Shown: piece after piece, positions 23,531-37,253 of the stretch
How the letters are laid out: every line of letters starts with the position of its first letter
How positions within the stretch are numbered: position 1 is the stretch's first letter
DNA from: Octopus sinensis
Taxonomy: Eukaryota
Direction of reading: 5' to 3'
Assembly: GCF_006345805.1 (NCBI RefSeq)
Contig: NC_043014.1
Location: 30,380,001-30,444,000 of the forward strand
DNA: 64,000 nucleotides
Position numbers and translations under genes: made by a program
The notes under the pieces: generated by a model
The model's database searches: none
The model's input: the letters and a program-made list of their open reading frames with translations, nothing else
Told to the model about the DNA's origin: nothing

Positions 23531-26500
23531 TTTTTATGATGTCTGTGTCACATCTTACAGCCTTTACAATGTTCACGAATCATCATGACAAAGGTAACTT
23601 TTTTCCAAACTCAAATGGCTTCCAGTTCAGCATGTCAGCAAACCTTTTCTCAACTACAACTTTAATCTTTATACTCTCTCCAATGCCACTGACTATTCAC
23701 CAACACATGAAACTGTTCCTGGAGAAAGGAGACATAAAAAAATTGTCAAATCTAGCCTGAATACCCTGTGTATATATGACCCACTCTCAGCTCATTGGCA
23801 ACCTAATCAAACAAGACCATCATCACATCCACAGTTGCTGCTGCAACAGCTTTGTTCACACATGTACATAAAATACTCATGTGAAACTGAGAGTACCAGC
23901 TGAATTATTATGATAGAACAGAAATAAAGGTATTGTAGAAGTGTCAGTCCCTTTTTACATTTTATATTCAAATCTCACTAGAGCCAACAGTGCTTTTCAG
24001 CTCTCTGGAGGTTATCATCATCATCATCGTTTAATGTCCGCTTTCCATGCTAGCATGTGTTGGACAGTTCGACTGGGGTCTGGGAAGCCAGGAGGCGGTG
24101 CCAGGCTCCAGTCTGATCTGGCAGTGTTTCTACAGCTGGATGCCCTTCCTAATGCCAACCACTCCGTGAGTGTAGTGGGTGCTTTTTACGTACCAGGCAA
24201 GGCTGGCAACGATTGGTTGGTGCTTTTTACGTGCCACCGGTACAGAGGCCAGTTGGGGCAGTGCTGGCAACGGCCACGTTCGGATGGTTCTTTTACATGC
24301 CAAAAAATCAATCAAAAGCCAAACCCAGCCTTTCATGGGTTTATTAATATTAAGATAAATGCTGTGATTCTTTTTTTTAAGGTGGTGAGGTGGCAGAATC
24401 ATTAGCACACTGGGCAAAATGCTTAGTGGTATTCTGTCTATATTTACATTCTGAGTTCAAATTCTGTCGAGGTCAACTTTGCCTTTCATTCTTTCAAGCT
24501 TGATAAAATAAGTGCCAGTTGAGTACTGGGATTGCCGAAATCAATTTATGCTCTCCTCAAAAATTGATGGCCTTGTGCCTAAATCTGAAACTAATATTAA
24601 AATAAATATTATCATATTTATATTTTGGATAAACAGCTTTACAAAATGATGACAGTTTGTCCAGGAATGTGAATCCACTCAGAACTGTTGTGTTCAAGAC
24701 ATCCAGAAGATGATTCAAGTTGAGCTTAATAAAAATGCACAAAATAATATACAAATTTAGAACCTAAAATAAAGTTTGATTGACATTTTTGTTTTTATTC
24801 TGGGAAAACATGCTTTTTCTCAAAATACTGTCCTAATTTATTTAAGTATTGTAAAGGAATTTTTTTTTCTAGCTAGAAACTATTTTCCACTATCTATTAT
24901 ACAGTATTTGGGGGTACAGAACAGTTGTAACTTTCTATCTACAGACTAAAGGGTCCAATTAAAAAAAAAAAAAAGGTGTGTAACCTTTGACCTCCTTCAA
25001 AAATATTCTTCTGTGCAATATTTCACAATACTTCAGGGACAAAAGTGCAAAACTGCAGCCCACAAGTTTGAACACTGCCCAGGCCTTCTGAATTAAGCAT
25101 TCCCGCTATTACCATCCTGTCTTTTTAGGGTTAATTAGGACTGCATCATCCAATATCTTTTACTTTCTCAAGTTGTGATTCGAAAGAAATTTAGCTTCTT
25201 CTTCTAGCTGGTAGAACGACCATGTGTACAGCAGTGTTTCTCAACCATTTTTTCTTATGGTTATGAGGGTCCAATCTTTAAAAAATCCTATTATATTTTC
25301 ATAATTAAATATTGTAAGGAATTGTATAAAAAAAATTAAAATATTTTGTCTATTATAGATGTATAACCAATTTGTTGATACACATTTTAATAACAAAATC
25401 GCATATGGACCCTTGTTGAGAACCAGACATAGAGGTTCCTTTGGTTTAAATCAATACACTAAGGTCAATTTCATCCTTACTCTTTCCGGAGAGAACTGGG
25501 ATGGTACTCCATGAAAAGGAATTTAATACAAACTGAAGAGTGAACGAACATCACTGAAGTAAAGCTGTCGGACAGCTAAACCTGCAACTAATAATCGATT
25601 CCTGAATATACATCCATTTCTTGTTTACTTGCATCACAAATATCATTTCATCCATTTCTCCCTAATCAGTATATAGCTATGTAGTGAACCCACGATCCAC
25701 TAGAAATCCTCTCCCGCTCCAACTAAACGACTCAATTGTTCACAAAATGCATGCTGTAAACAAAATAAACCAATATAGAACGAGTAATTGAGGGAACTAC
25801 TGAAAATAGCAGCCAAATAGCCTCTAAAACACATTACCGTCTTTAAAAAAATGATATATTGGATGATGCCGGTATCTGTAAAAAAGATGATTTTAGTAGG
25901 AAGAACAACGAGCTGGCGAGGAGCTTTCTATGTAGTCACTCAGTCTGCTAGAAACAGCACTAAATCTCCCTCAAACTATATCCTATCCTTTTAGAATACT
26001 TCATGATGGATAATGTTGCCCTGTTCCCTGTACATGGAATGCCTTTGATAACAAGTCTATTTGATCAAGACTACTTGGGGCTAAACAACAAAATGCATTA
26101 TGTAACTATAAACATATAAGCTTTTAATTAAAAAATCAGAAGAAAACAAAGAAGAGGCAAACTTAAGGGGCTGTAGTGATGATAAAACTGCCGATTTATA
26201 CCGTATAGACGTCAAGAAATTTATTGTAGGTCGTAATTTCACTGTCAACAGGTATTCATTATCAATTCACCTGTTGGTAGCCTAACAACTGTCGTGTTGA
26301 TTAGTCAATCGGCTTTGCAGAGAATCAATAACGTTTGACAAACTGATTAAGTAATGAGGGTGACTGCAGAAGAAAGAACCAAATAGATGCTTTACAAAAT
26401 ACGGGTTTACTGGTGTGTTAACAATGTTTTGTTTCGGGGGTATACTGTATCTATGGATTTTATCCAACACTACGTAATAGACAGGTGTAAACACAACTGA

Positions 26501-27068
26501 AAAATATAAATACACCCCTACCACCATAATTATATAATAACTGGTGTATTTTTCTAAACAGAAACATATCAATGTTTTTGTTTAATACTCATACACGATA
26601 CATACATACATGCATACCATATATACATACATACATACATACATACCATACATACATACATACATACCATACATAATATATATACATTAAGGTAAACAAA
26701 CAGAAAGACTGTGGAAGAAAAAAAATACTAGAAAAGCAAGAGAGTGAGATAGAAAGAAAAAAAAACGAGAGAAGTGTGACTGTGTTGCTATTGTATCAGT
26801 TAAAGTTATTATATCAAATCAAAAGTAGTTGCCTTACCTTGAAATACTTGTTTTTAACTGCCCGTTTCCCAAGGTTTTTGGACGCCAACAAGTATTCCGC
26901 AACTCAGCTACAGGTGAATTGAATGAAATGAACGTTAATAGCAAAAAGTGGAATGGCCGAGCTGAAAAGCGAAATATTTTTGTTTTCATTTTATAGTTCA
27001 TGTTTTAATATGAATGCCTATACGTGTACGTACATGCCCGCACCCAATCACATACACACACACGTCTG

Positions 27069-27159
<91 letters not shown>

Positions 27160-27160
27160 G

Positions 27161-27194
<34 letters not shown>

Positions 27195-27429
27195 CATGCT
27201 CTCCTCAGTATATTTGGGAACTTCAACGTAGTCACTCAATCTGTTAGAAATAGCGACTAAATTTCCCTCAAATCATATCTGTTTTAAAAAAGAAATAACA
27301 CATCTTAGACATCATGTTTGAAAATAAGAATGGTTATGGATGGGGGGTTTTCATTGCAGGCCTGCATATTCAGAGTTCACCAAGTGCTAAACCACAACAT
27401 CAACAATATTGTACAGCAGGTATTCTGAC

Positions 27430-27790
27430 TTAGCTCTCTTAGATTAGGAACAACTACTTTGATGTAGGCCAGGACATATATATCATAGACTTGGAACCAA
27501 AAGAGCTTTTTGAGAAATTTGACACTATGGATCTTACATCCAACTCAAACACAATGGAATGCATAAGGAACTGTTAAAGTGGCTTCAAATCTACCTTGAG
27601 GGGCAAAACATCAAAATCACCCAATCTGAGTTAACACCCATCACTCCATCAACCCATAAGACTCAATAAGGTGGGCCATTATTGTTCTTAATCTTCATAG
27701 ATGAATTGGTCAGCACTTGTGAAGATGAGCGGTACCAGTACATTGACGACACCACGCTGACTGCAATGACAGGTGTCCGTCGGTGTAAGA
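27430..27790 (+). mobile_element. Highly diverged LINE RT fragment
   Basis: KELLKWLQIYLEG..GGPLLFLIFIDEL..QYIDDTTL corresponds to LL.WL..YL / GPLLFLIFINDL / YADD RT motifs. Confidence 0.7.
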
Positions 27791-28968
27791 GAGCTATGCG
27801 ACAACTACTAAGTTGACAGGAGAAAGCAATGCGACAATAGTAAAGTTGGCAGGAGAAATGAATGCGACACTAGGTAGCTGAATCGGAGGCCTTGTCAGTA
27901 TCAAAGCCTATGCAGACGATAGGAAAGCATCATTCGATATATCAAAAGGCAAAATAATGTCTATCAAGGGAAACGGTTCCATCAAACTTTGCAATGCACT
28001 TTAGGAATTGCAGATAGCCTATGAGAAATGCAGTTTGACATTCTGAGCAGAACCATCGGAAGAAGGCTGCTATAGACAAATCAATATGTAATACAGCAGC
28101 ACAGAAACTTGGAGTGATAGGGGAAACCATTTACAAAAGTCTAAATTCGAAGTAATCTGGGTTATTATGTTAGATGAATGTCTCATATAACATGCTCAAT
28201 CAGCTATTTATTATACATAAAATAATAATAAAAAGGATAATTGTAGTTAATGGAACTGATGTTGCGAAAAAAAATCATTATCAACACTCTACAACATAGG
28301 AGACTGGTTGCTACGGCAACAGTTCCCGACAAAATGTAGTCAAGCCACGGCCCATCACTGCAGTATAACAGATACCGTTTTATGGCTGCATTCGCTTCTC
28401 AGAACCCGATGTCAAGACCCAGATTCTGCACAGGAGCTTTCGACATTCGATTATCATATGAGCTATCTCTGCCGATGAGATGCAAGCTTCGAAAGGTCAA
28501 ATGCACGAACTCAGTTGATATCGCCCTTGCTATCGGAAATGCAATGAACCAATGACTCTTCCACTGAAAAGCTGTAGCCAACATTCAGGTTGTAATGGAG
28601 ACATGCGCTATTGCAGCACGTCGTTGCATCCATCATTTGTCGATATTTGCTCGAGGTGTCCCGGACAACCCTCCGAGCAGTGTCCCAGTCAGTCCCCATC
28701 TCTGATAGATACTTCCTCATCCGTTGTGAACCTGTGGCATGTGGCTGACCAACACGAGCTGTCACCTCAGCCGTATCCACGGAGAAGAGAACAGATACAC
28801 AGGGTGGAACTCGGGAAATCGAGCAACACGATCAGCGTAACCAACAATACATGACATAAAATATATGTAGAAGGCACAGATATATATTTTGCTGGTGCTA
28901 ATTCGAAATATCAAAAAAAAAAACGAAAGAAATATTCCCTAAGGTTTTCTCACAATTTTATGTTAAAA

Positions 28969-30632
28969 CTAGCAGTATCGCCCGGCGTTGCTCGGGTTTG
29001 TTTCGACCCGCTGGAATTGTAATTTTGAAAAGTAAAAATTTTGTGAACATTTTTCTGGTCGAAATACACCGAAGAGTGGCGACACAGCAGTGAAAAAATC
29101 GTAAAAAATAGGGATTTTCATAGAAAAAAGCGTCTTTTTGATGTAAATAATTTTTGGTGTTAACATGGTCCGATTTGAATTTTATGTTCTACGGAAGGAA
29201 GAGCAACCCTTCTTCTACCATACTCTCAATTTTGGTCAACTTGCGCCGCAGGGTCTCGGAGGAGATAGTGTTAGTTGAAGGTTACCATTCTAGGTGCCTG
29301 AGTAACAACCTCGCGGATTTACAGATAAATGAATTAATTACTATTTTACAGAATAAAATTAAATAATTCTTGAAAATTAATTAATATTAATATTTTTTGA
29401 ACAAAATAAATAATTTTTAAAACTTAAATAATAATTTTTTTTACACAAACGCGAACGGGGAAAAGGGGGTGGCGAATTCGATTTACATACCTAAATTTTT
29501 TCTTTTTCATGACATTGTAGCAAAATAGTAGTGAATTATATAAATACCAGCAGTACATTTTTTTTCAACCTCGTCTCATATTTGCCCCTTTCAATTTAAA
29601 CAAAGTCTTAATTAAGCAATTACGGCAGCTTAGCAATGGTTTCAATACAGGCGTGACATCTGTATCTCAATTGTTCAAAACCCTTCGAATTTTTTCGCAC
29701 GTGATGATATCATAGTGAAAACTTTCAATTACGCGCGCTTAGAAGTACGCTCGCAAATTAATACTACCAAAATTTTGAAGTTCGCGCTCCGCTTGTGTGT
29801 GTGTGTGTGCGTGCTTTAGGTGTACGTAGGTATGTGCTTTTGTGTGTGTGTGTGTCACTGAAGCCATACATACATATATACATACATAACCTCTCTCTCT
29901 CTTTTCTCTCTCAGTCACTCACTACAAAAAGTGAATAAAAAAAGTTCAGTTATTTCTGTCTTTCACTCTGTCTGTCTCTTTACACACACTAACAAAAGCA
30001 CTTCACTTACACACCACACTTTCTGTGTCGCACAACCCATCAAACACACACACACACACACTCACACACACACACACACACTCACGCACGCACACATGTA
30101 CATCAATGCTTTCGGAGTGAAATGTTAAAATATTGAGTTTTCTCGAATTTTGTCTTAATTGGGGGTGAAATTGAAAGAAATATATTATGGCATAACCGAA
30201 TGGAGTACTTTAAAAAATCTTAGGTAAACTCTAATTGAAGAAATTGTGTGAGGAGTAAATCGTTATGTATTTATTTGTTTCTGTTTGCTGTGTTTTTTTA
30301 TTTTTTGAGTAGTGGTTTAAATACTTTCAGTTTAGTCTTCCTCAAATCACTCTGTCGCTATTTACTTTCATTTTATTCGTTGCACACTGTGTGTGTGCGT
30401 GTGCGTGTGGTGTAAACCACATTAAGAAAAGCATTTGACATACACACCAGAATGTGAGTTTTCTGTAAATTTTGCTTAATTGGAGTTTAAATTTTAAAAA
30501 CTGGACCTGGCATGACCCGATGCATTCTACTCTTAAAAATGCTAGGTAAATTGTAATTGAAGAAATCCTATATTGTAGATTTCTATAAGTTACAAAGGGG
30601 GGCAGATAAAATCTGCCTTTTATAATAAGAGA
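28969..30632 (-). mobile_element. Non-autonomous Helitron
   Basis: On the minus strand: 5' TC terminus after host A, 3' CTAG before host T, and a subterminal GC-rich hairpin (cccgagcaacgccggg). A second hairpin ggcagat-aaa-atctgcc lies near the 5' end. No TSD. Confidence 0.8.
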
Positions 30633-31759
30633 TATATCATAATTTGTAGGTAAATCCGCAACGGGTACGACAAAATGAAACTAATAAAAAGTAATTTGAT
30701 ACTTTATTTAGCAAAATAAAATGGCTCAAATGTAATTGAAAGGTAAGGAAATAGATCTTTACAAGATTACCATTCATTTTTTGGATTCAGCACCTCAGAA
30801 TCTCTTCTTTTACTCTCGGAAACTACACCTGCTACTCTTTCGCTTGTGAGCAATTGATGAACATTCACGATGCATCATCCAAAAATAATCGGCCATCATA
30901 TATCTTCACTGATATCTTCTTTCCAACTCCTTTACGTCTTAATAAAACTTTTTCTCCTGCTCGTCACTCACATCCATCAAATTTTCTGCAAAGTTACCCA
31001 AATGGACGTGTAAGAAATGAACTTTAAAACTCATTTTATATCCTAAGGCCTTGTAACGGCAGATATTGATTAGGTACACATTATTATGATATGTTGTGGT
31101 CAGCTGGTGTGACGATAATTATTTTGTTGTTATAATTGCATGTTGTAAGATGTGAAAGATGAACAATGCATGAAGTTTTAAGGAAATATTTATTTACAAA
31201 TACCTTGCCTCGACGAGCAGGTTTTGATACATCCAAAAGCATGCGAAGTAAAGTTTGAGTTTGGGTTCTCTTCATTGTTTAGTAGTAATTGCTGAGACAG
31301 ATAGAATGATATTGTAAGAGAACAGAATTAGAGCTAGAGAGAATTGTAGGGTGTTGTCTCACAGTTGCTTTCTTCCTCTGACTAAAGTTGGTCAGCCAGA
31401 CCTCGTTGAGTCGTCACGACTGTAACGAACTCCGTTGAGTCATCACGACTGTGACGAACTGATTTTTACTTGGGATGTTCTTGCTTTTTATAACTATCCA
31501 GAAGGATAGATATATCATTGAAAACAATAGATTTGTTGGTGGTCTTGTTATCTTTATGCTAGCTTTTGGTAAAGTAGAAGAGGTTAGAAAGGGTCAAGTA
31601 GTGAAGACTTTATTTCGGCCTAGCTAAAGGCATCTGGAAAATGTAAAACTGCTGTCACAGAAAAACCATTGTTCCACCGTGGGAAAAGTTCTGTTGCAGT
31701 GTTAATTTAAATTTGGCTATGGTGGATCGTATCCACTTCATGAATGCAAGATTCACTAC

Positions 31760-31930
31760 AGCCTCGAAATTTTCCAGCATTCTTCTCATCATGTATTTGT
31801 TGTTTGGATCCAAGAAGTTCTTCATCATATCTTTAAAACTAATCCATGCATATTTTTCAGAATCACTAAGAGAGTTTTCAAAATATTTATTCTTGACGAG
31901 TTTCCTTTCTTTCCTCAATGCTTGCGGGTG
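31760..31930 (-). mobile_element. DNA-transposase-like relic (superfamily not assigned)
   Basis: RKLVKNKYFENSLSDSEKYAWISFKDMMKNFL..MLENF resembles a common invertebrate transposase segment (EK.AW.SFK.VV.NFLG). Confidence 0.4.
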
Positions 31931-34530
31931 TCTAAAGCAACAGTGATGCAGACACATCTCAGAGTAGCTGAAGCGGTCTAAACGTTACCAGATGCTTGTT
32001 TTTCAGAATTACACCTATTACTTATACTGATATAGTCTATTTAAATACGGCAATTAATAGTAATAATAAAAGACCAAAGTCAAATTTGGGCATAATGGTA
32101 AAATGCGATGATCAATTTTGTGAAGAAACTGTTCGTGATAGGATAATTTCTTTGTAATTTTTAAAATCAGCTGGTAAAAAATGATCAATTTCATCCAATA
32201 CATGTGTAATATTTCGTTAGGCAGATTGCCATGACTGATTTCGTGATATGCCCGAAAATGATGGGATAGTCACAGATCAAATATGGCTTTAGTCTAGGCA
32301 GTAATATTTACGAATAGCAGAATAGTCGTTGCCATAAGCTATGAAAAGCCAAAATAAACTATTCACTTCTAATAAGCACCATAAGTTTATTATTGAAATT
32401 ATTTGCCTTTATGATATACACGTATTGATTTCGCAGTCGGCCAAAATTGAAAGCAAAAATAAAAACTTGAGGTTTATTGTACAGATCATTGTATGTGAAT
32501 GACTGAGCAAGCAAGCCGCTTGAAGTTATTTATACGTAGTTCTGTTCTGCAAAATACCAGCAAACCAGGAAATTCATTGATCAGACCCTTTGTTATTCTC
32601 AGACATTTTCTGAATTCTATTGACCTGATTTTTGCCGACGCAGACGATTGCTAATAATTAAATAAATAAATAATGGAAGGACGCACATGATAATGTAGTC
32701 CTAGATACACTGTGTCAGAAAATGGAGTGGTAGTAGCTGGAATGATTTGATCATAATTCTACTTGATTATGACTGACCTTGGCCAAAATAATTTTTAAAA
32801 TACTTCCAGATTCTTCGATCAATTGTATTTTCCCTCTGACTTTTATAAATTTACACTTTTCGATGTCTTCAGTTTCAGTGTTTCCATTCATAGATCTTAG
32901 AAAGGACAATTTATAATAAATTTGATGAGATAAATAAAGTAGAGAATAAAATGGTTTTGATCGTTGGTCTGTGACGAAGGCTAAAATTGACGACATGGGC
33001 GTCAGGAACCTCTTGTGATTGTAATGGCCTACATAGATTATGGTACTCCTTACACTAATCACTTTACACTGACAATAAAAGACTGCATGTTCTTTGATTT
33101 TGTTTTTGATTTGGTCTAATCGACAAAGGTATCCGATAATTTTTTTAAATGAAGATATTGGGAAACTTCTCTGAGGTGTTTTCAACATGACTACGGTATA
33201 GTTGAATGTGGGTTGATATACTTAATGTAATGAGCGAAAAATGTAAGTCAATTGAAATTACACAAGTAATGAGAAGTATTAAGAACACTTTTCGTCAACA
33301 ACAACAAAAAAAGCAAGGGAGAATATTCAGAAATTTAAATTGATAAAAAATAAATGGTGATATGCAGTAAGAATTGAATCTGATCATTAGCGGTTAAGGT
33401 TACAACTCCAGATATACTTCAGTCTTATTAGACCTCCTCAGCGCATTATAGACTAACGCCTATTTACCAGATCTGAGATTGACTGAGAAAATATAGTTTT
33501 GTGTGAAAATTTTTCATGATAAAGCAATTTAAGATAGAGGCAATGGAAAATGTTCCAAGGATAGCGTCTGAATGACGAAAATAATAGTTATATCAAAAGT
33601 CATTTCCTGTCAACAATAGTTAACGAAAACCTTTGGACTGAATATTTTGTTTTCGAAACATGAATAGAGATACCAAATTACATCAGATGCCTTTGAAAAG
33701 AAACTGAAAATGTGTCGCTTTTCTTTGATTCAGAATACATTTTCTAAATCTGTGACAGTTCGCTTTTAAAAGCATGTGTAACTAAATAATATTTCAGCAA
33801 CACCCTTTGACTGGTAAACAGGACTCTCTAGAAGTGCAGTCCTTTATTCACCGATTAATTTCACACTCCAAGTGACAGACCCCAATAACGAGTTCTTAAC
33901 TCGATGCCGTGGGGTTACTCTCTGTCCCTCTCAACAAAGGATTGGGGATTTTTTCTCCCTTCTTTCGTTTTGATATTCGTTCTGAGTATAATTAACATCA
34001 CAACGAAATCACAACATATAAAAACGTAACAAACAAAACAATTTTAAAAGAAAAGTAGAAAGAATTGAATCCTCTAATATATCGTCAACTCTATCATTTG
34101 GTCTCTTGATATTATGTACCTCATTGTTCAGTGTATCTATCTATCTCTCTAGTAGAGCCTGTCAGACTTACTTCATATCTTTATTAACATTTTATTTGTT
34201 ATTTATTCATGCCGGTAACAGCATCTGTCTATTTTCTTCCCGTAGTAATTGTATGTCTTATTGTCGCCCTATTTCTCTTTCACTTCGTTAAGCACCTCCT
34301 GTCACTTTATCGTTCGTTCCTCCCAGCTCCCTCTTTTCCAATTTCGAAACACACACAGATAAATGAATAAACATATTACAGCCGATATATAGCAACATAC
34401 ACAACTACGCTCATGACAACACTTTTCATGTCAAAAGTTTGACATGTTAGAATATCAAACAAAATACCTGATAGTATTTATTTCGACTCTTTACGCTCTG
34501 AGTTCTAATTCTGTTGTTACCTAAATGACT

Positions 34531-34711
34531 TTAACCCCTTACCCAACAATTATTTTGAAAATAAATGTATTTTTTCAGACATATTTTTTAATTGTTTTAA
34601 TTCAAACAGATTTTGGCGAGTCTATCATTTGACGAGTTAACTCGTCAGAGATAGAAAAAAAACGATTTCGGTCAAAACGCATATATTCGTTTCTGCCGGG
34701 TAAGGGGTTAA
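34531..34711. mobile_element. TTAA-flanked MITE with CCCCTTACCC terminal inverted repeats
   Basis: ttaa-ccccttaccc ... gggtaagggg-ttaa. Confidence 0.75.
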
Positions 34712-36099
34712 TAAGAGATTAGAGCTTCAAGTGGGAAGGTTGCATTATTGCCCTGATGTTACAACATAATTTAATACATGACTGTAGTAACTTAGACATG
34801 CAAAACATAACCCTACTGATTACCAAGATTCGGTTGCTTAATAAAAATTCACTGACCAACATTCTCAACCACTTGCTCACAGGCACACCGTTTGTGTCTC
34901 TTCCTCATTCTAAAGCAACTACTATGGCTACTGCACTTCTGAATTGGATATTCGCAATACCCGTACGGTTGCTACACTTGTCTGTTCTTTTATCGTCTCC
35001 ATTGTGATTCATTTCCTAAATCAATCACTCAACACTTCGTTTGACCATTCATCCTTGGAGACTGAACCCCTTGAAATTCCTTCTCTACCCAATTTTTTTT
35101 CCACGGATGTCAAATTACGGAAGTTCAACCTGAACATCCACCACATCTGTTTCATCAGCTTGGGAGGAACCTGTAAGAAGGGGACGGGATACCCTTTCCC
35201 TTCTGACCCATTTCAAGACCTCTTCATAAACTTGATCAAATGACATCAATTATTCAAGGTTCGGTAGTTATTTTGTAAGTTTTACATTCCATATTGAGTA
35301 ACAATGTCACTCTTCAGTAAATTCTCTTAACACTCTGTAATCCATGAAACGTATTCACAATAAATTATAAACTTTTTCTGACATAGACATAAAGTCATAA
35401 ATTTGGGGGAAGGGCAACAGTCGGTTATATCGATCCTCACTTTTGACTGGTATCTAATCGCCCCCGGAAGGATGAAAGCCAAAGCTGAACTCAGCAAGGT
35501 TTGAACACTGAATTTAAAAGCCGCGACGAATACCGTTAGGTATTTTGTTCAACGTTCTCCCAGTTCTGCACCCCATAATCAAATATGAGAATTACTGTTG
35601 TAAAGCATTTCATAAGACTAACACAAGACGTTTAAAGTTGAGAAATGAAGTTCCAGCTCCTCCTTCACTTCATTTTTGTTTCTTGTTCACCACCATAACC
35701 TATTTAAAGACTTTAAAACTTTTTTTCATTTGTCATGATGCCAACCACTTTTCTCTTTGAATTCAAATAAATTTGATGCTTTTAATCATCAACTCAGTTT
35801 TATCTGTCCACCGCTATGTGAAAATAATAAATGGTTCTCTTGGTGAATAGTACTCTAGTTGTTCGATCGACAGAACTATCAAGTTAGTGTGTTATTGTGA
35901 AGGTGTCTGAGTATTTCACCAGCAGATAATACCGCGATCGATATGTCACACTTGATAAATTCTCGGGTGACGATCTATTTCTGTCCGATGTGATGTCCAG
36001 TTCGAACATTCCAGACAGTCACATGAATGCTTGTCTTCGGCGTTAAAAGATACTTGCTTCGGTCAATCACCCATTTTTCACCAGCTCCCTGGCTCCCCA

Positions 36100-36330
36100 G
36101 TACTGACGCATCGGCTGCCCAGGATGCCTTGGCATGAACGAATAAACGTTGTGCAGTTTCTTGCGAAACAAATAGAGGAAGACCTGAAGTCGCAACGCCT
36201 TGACCTCGAACATGCTAAGGCCAGCACCATGGATCGGAAAGCATGGAATAACATCATCGCCAGAGTCCGTTATCCAGCGTCCACCACAACAGCATATTGG
36301 TTGATAGGGCAGCCTCCTCCGGTCGTCAGC
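36100..36330 (+). mobile_element. LINE ORF2 C-terminal relic (RTE-like)
   Basis: QIEEDLKSQRLDLEHAKASTMDRKAWNNII resembles the V..DL...A.DR..W terminal motif. Confidence 0.45.
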
Positions 36331-36409
36331 TAGGGATTAGAAGAAGATTCCACCAGTACTACTCTATGTATGACAAGACTGGATCCTTTAAGTTACAAAA
36401 GTATATCAG

Positions 36410-36700
36410 GGACAAGCTTTTCTTTTTTTCATTTTTATTTGTGATGAATGTTGTTGGTTTCCAGTGCCCCAATCAGTGGTTCACTGCATTTCCGATTACG
36501 AGTGACAAGAGATATTTGTATACTCGACTTTTCAAAGGACTGATTCTCGTTGAACCAGATGGTTCCTTTGTAGTTAGTTCCAAATTCCGATAGTCGAGTG
36601 CCGAAAGTTATCTGGCCTATGTTAAGGTCGTTTTATGTCCGAAAGAGAATAATTGGAAGAGCTACCGTGCTATATATTGGTCGGAATCTGAAGTGCTTCT
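36410..36700 (-). mobile_element. Possible Penelope-like GIY-YIG endonuclease relic
   Basis: LNIGQITFGTRLSEF resembles YIGQT..TRL.EH. Similarity is weak and interrupted by stops. Confidence 0.3.
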
Positions 36701-37253
36701 TAGAGATGAGTTGGTTGTTAGAAGACACTTATCTAAAAAGCCTCATAATGATAAAACAAACTTCTTGAACATTCGAGCATACTTCGCGCGCGAACGGTTA
36801 TTACGAACTCTTCAACTTCCATACCCAGATCATAAATAGTGATTTGTACCTTAGTAATTGTTAAGAGAGCACGCACTATCTTCATGATTTCTTTTGCATT
36901 GGGGATTTAATGCCGATTGATCGTCAGTATTTGGGACGTTACACTTATGTTCGGCAAATATAACAGAAGTACTTTAACCTCACGTTAACTCGAATTAATA
37001 GCCTTTTTAGAAGTACCATTATCATTATATTATCTATTGCACCTCTTTCTCTTTTAAGAGGGTAGGAGATGATCTAAGGAAAATCCGGCCAGTGTTTATT
37101 TCAAGTTGAACAATTACACTGAGGCTCTCTCATTGCTGCAACTTGATAATGTAACTAAGTGTTCAAGAAATAATCCAGAAATGTTGGATTAGGTTGAGGG
37201 AGGGGTCTTCAGACAAAAAAAAAATGTGGCTGTGTGGTAAGAAGCTTGCTTCC

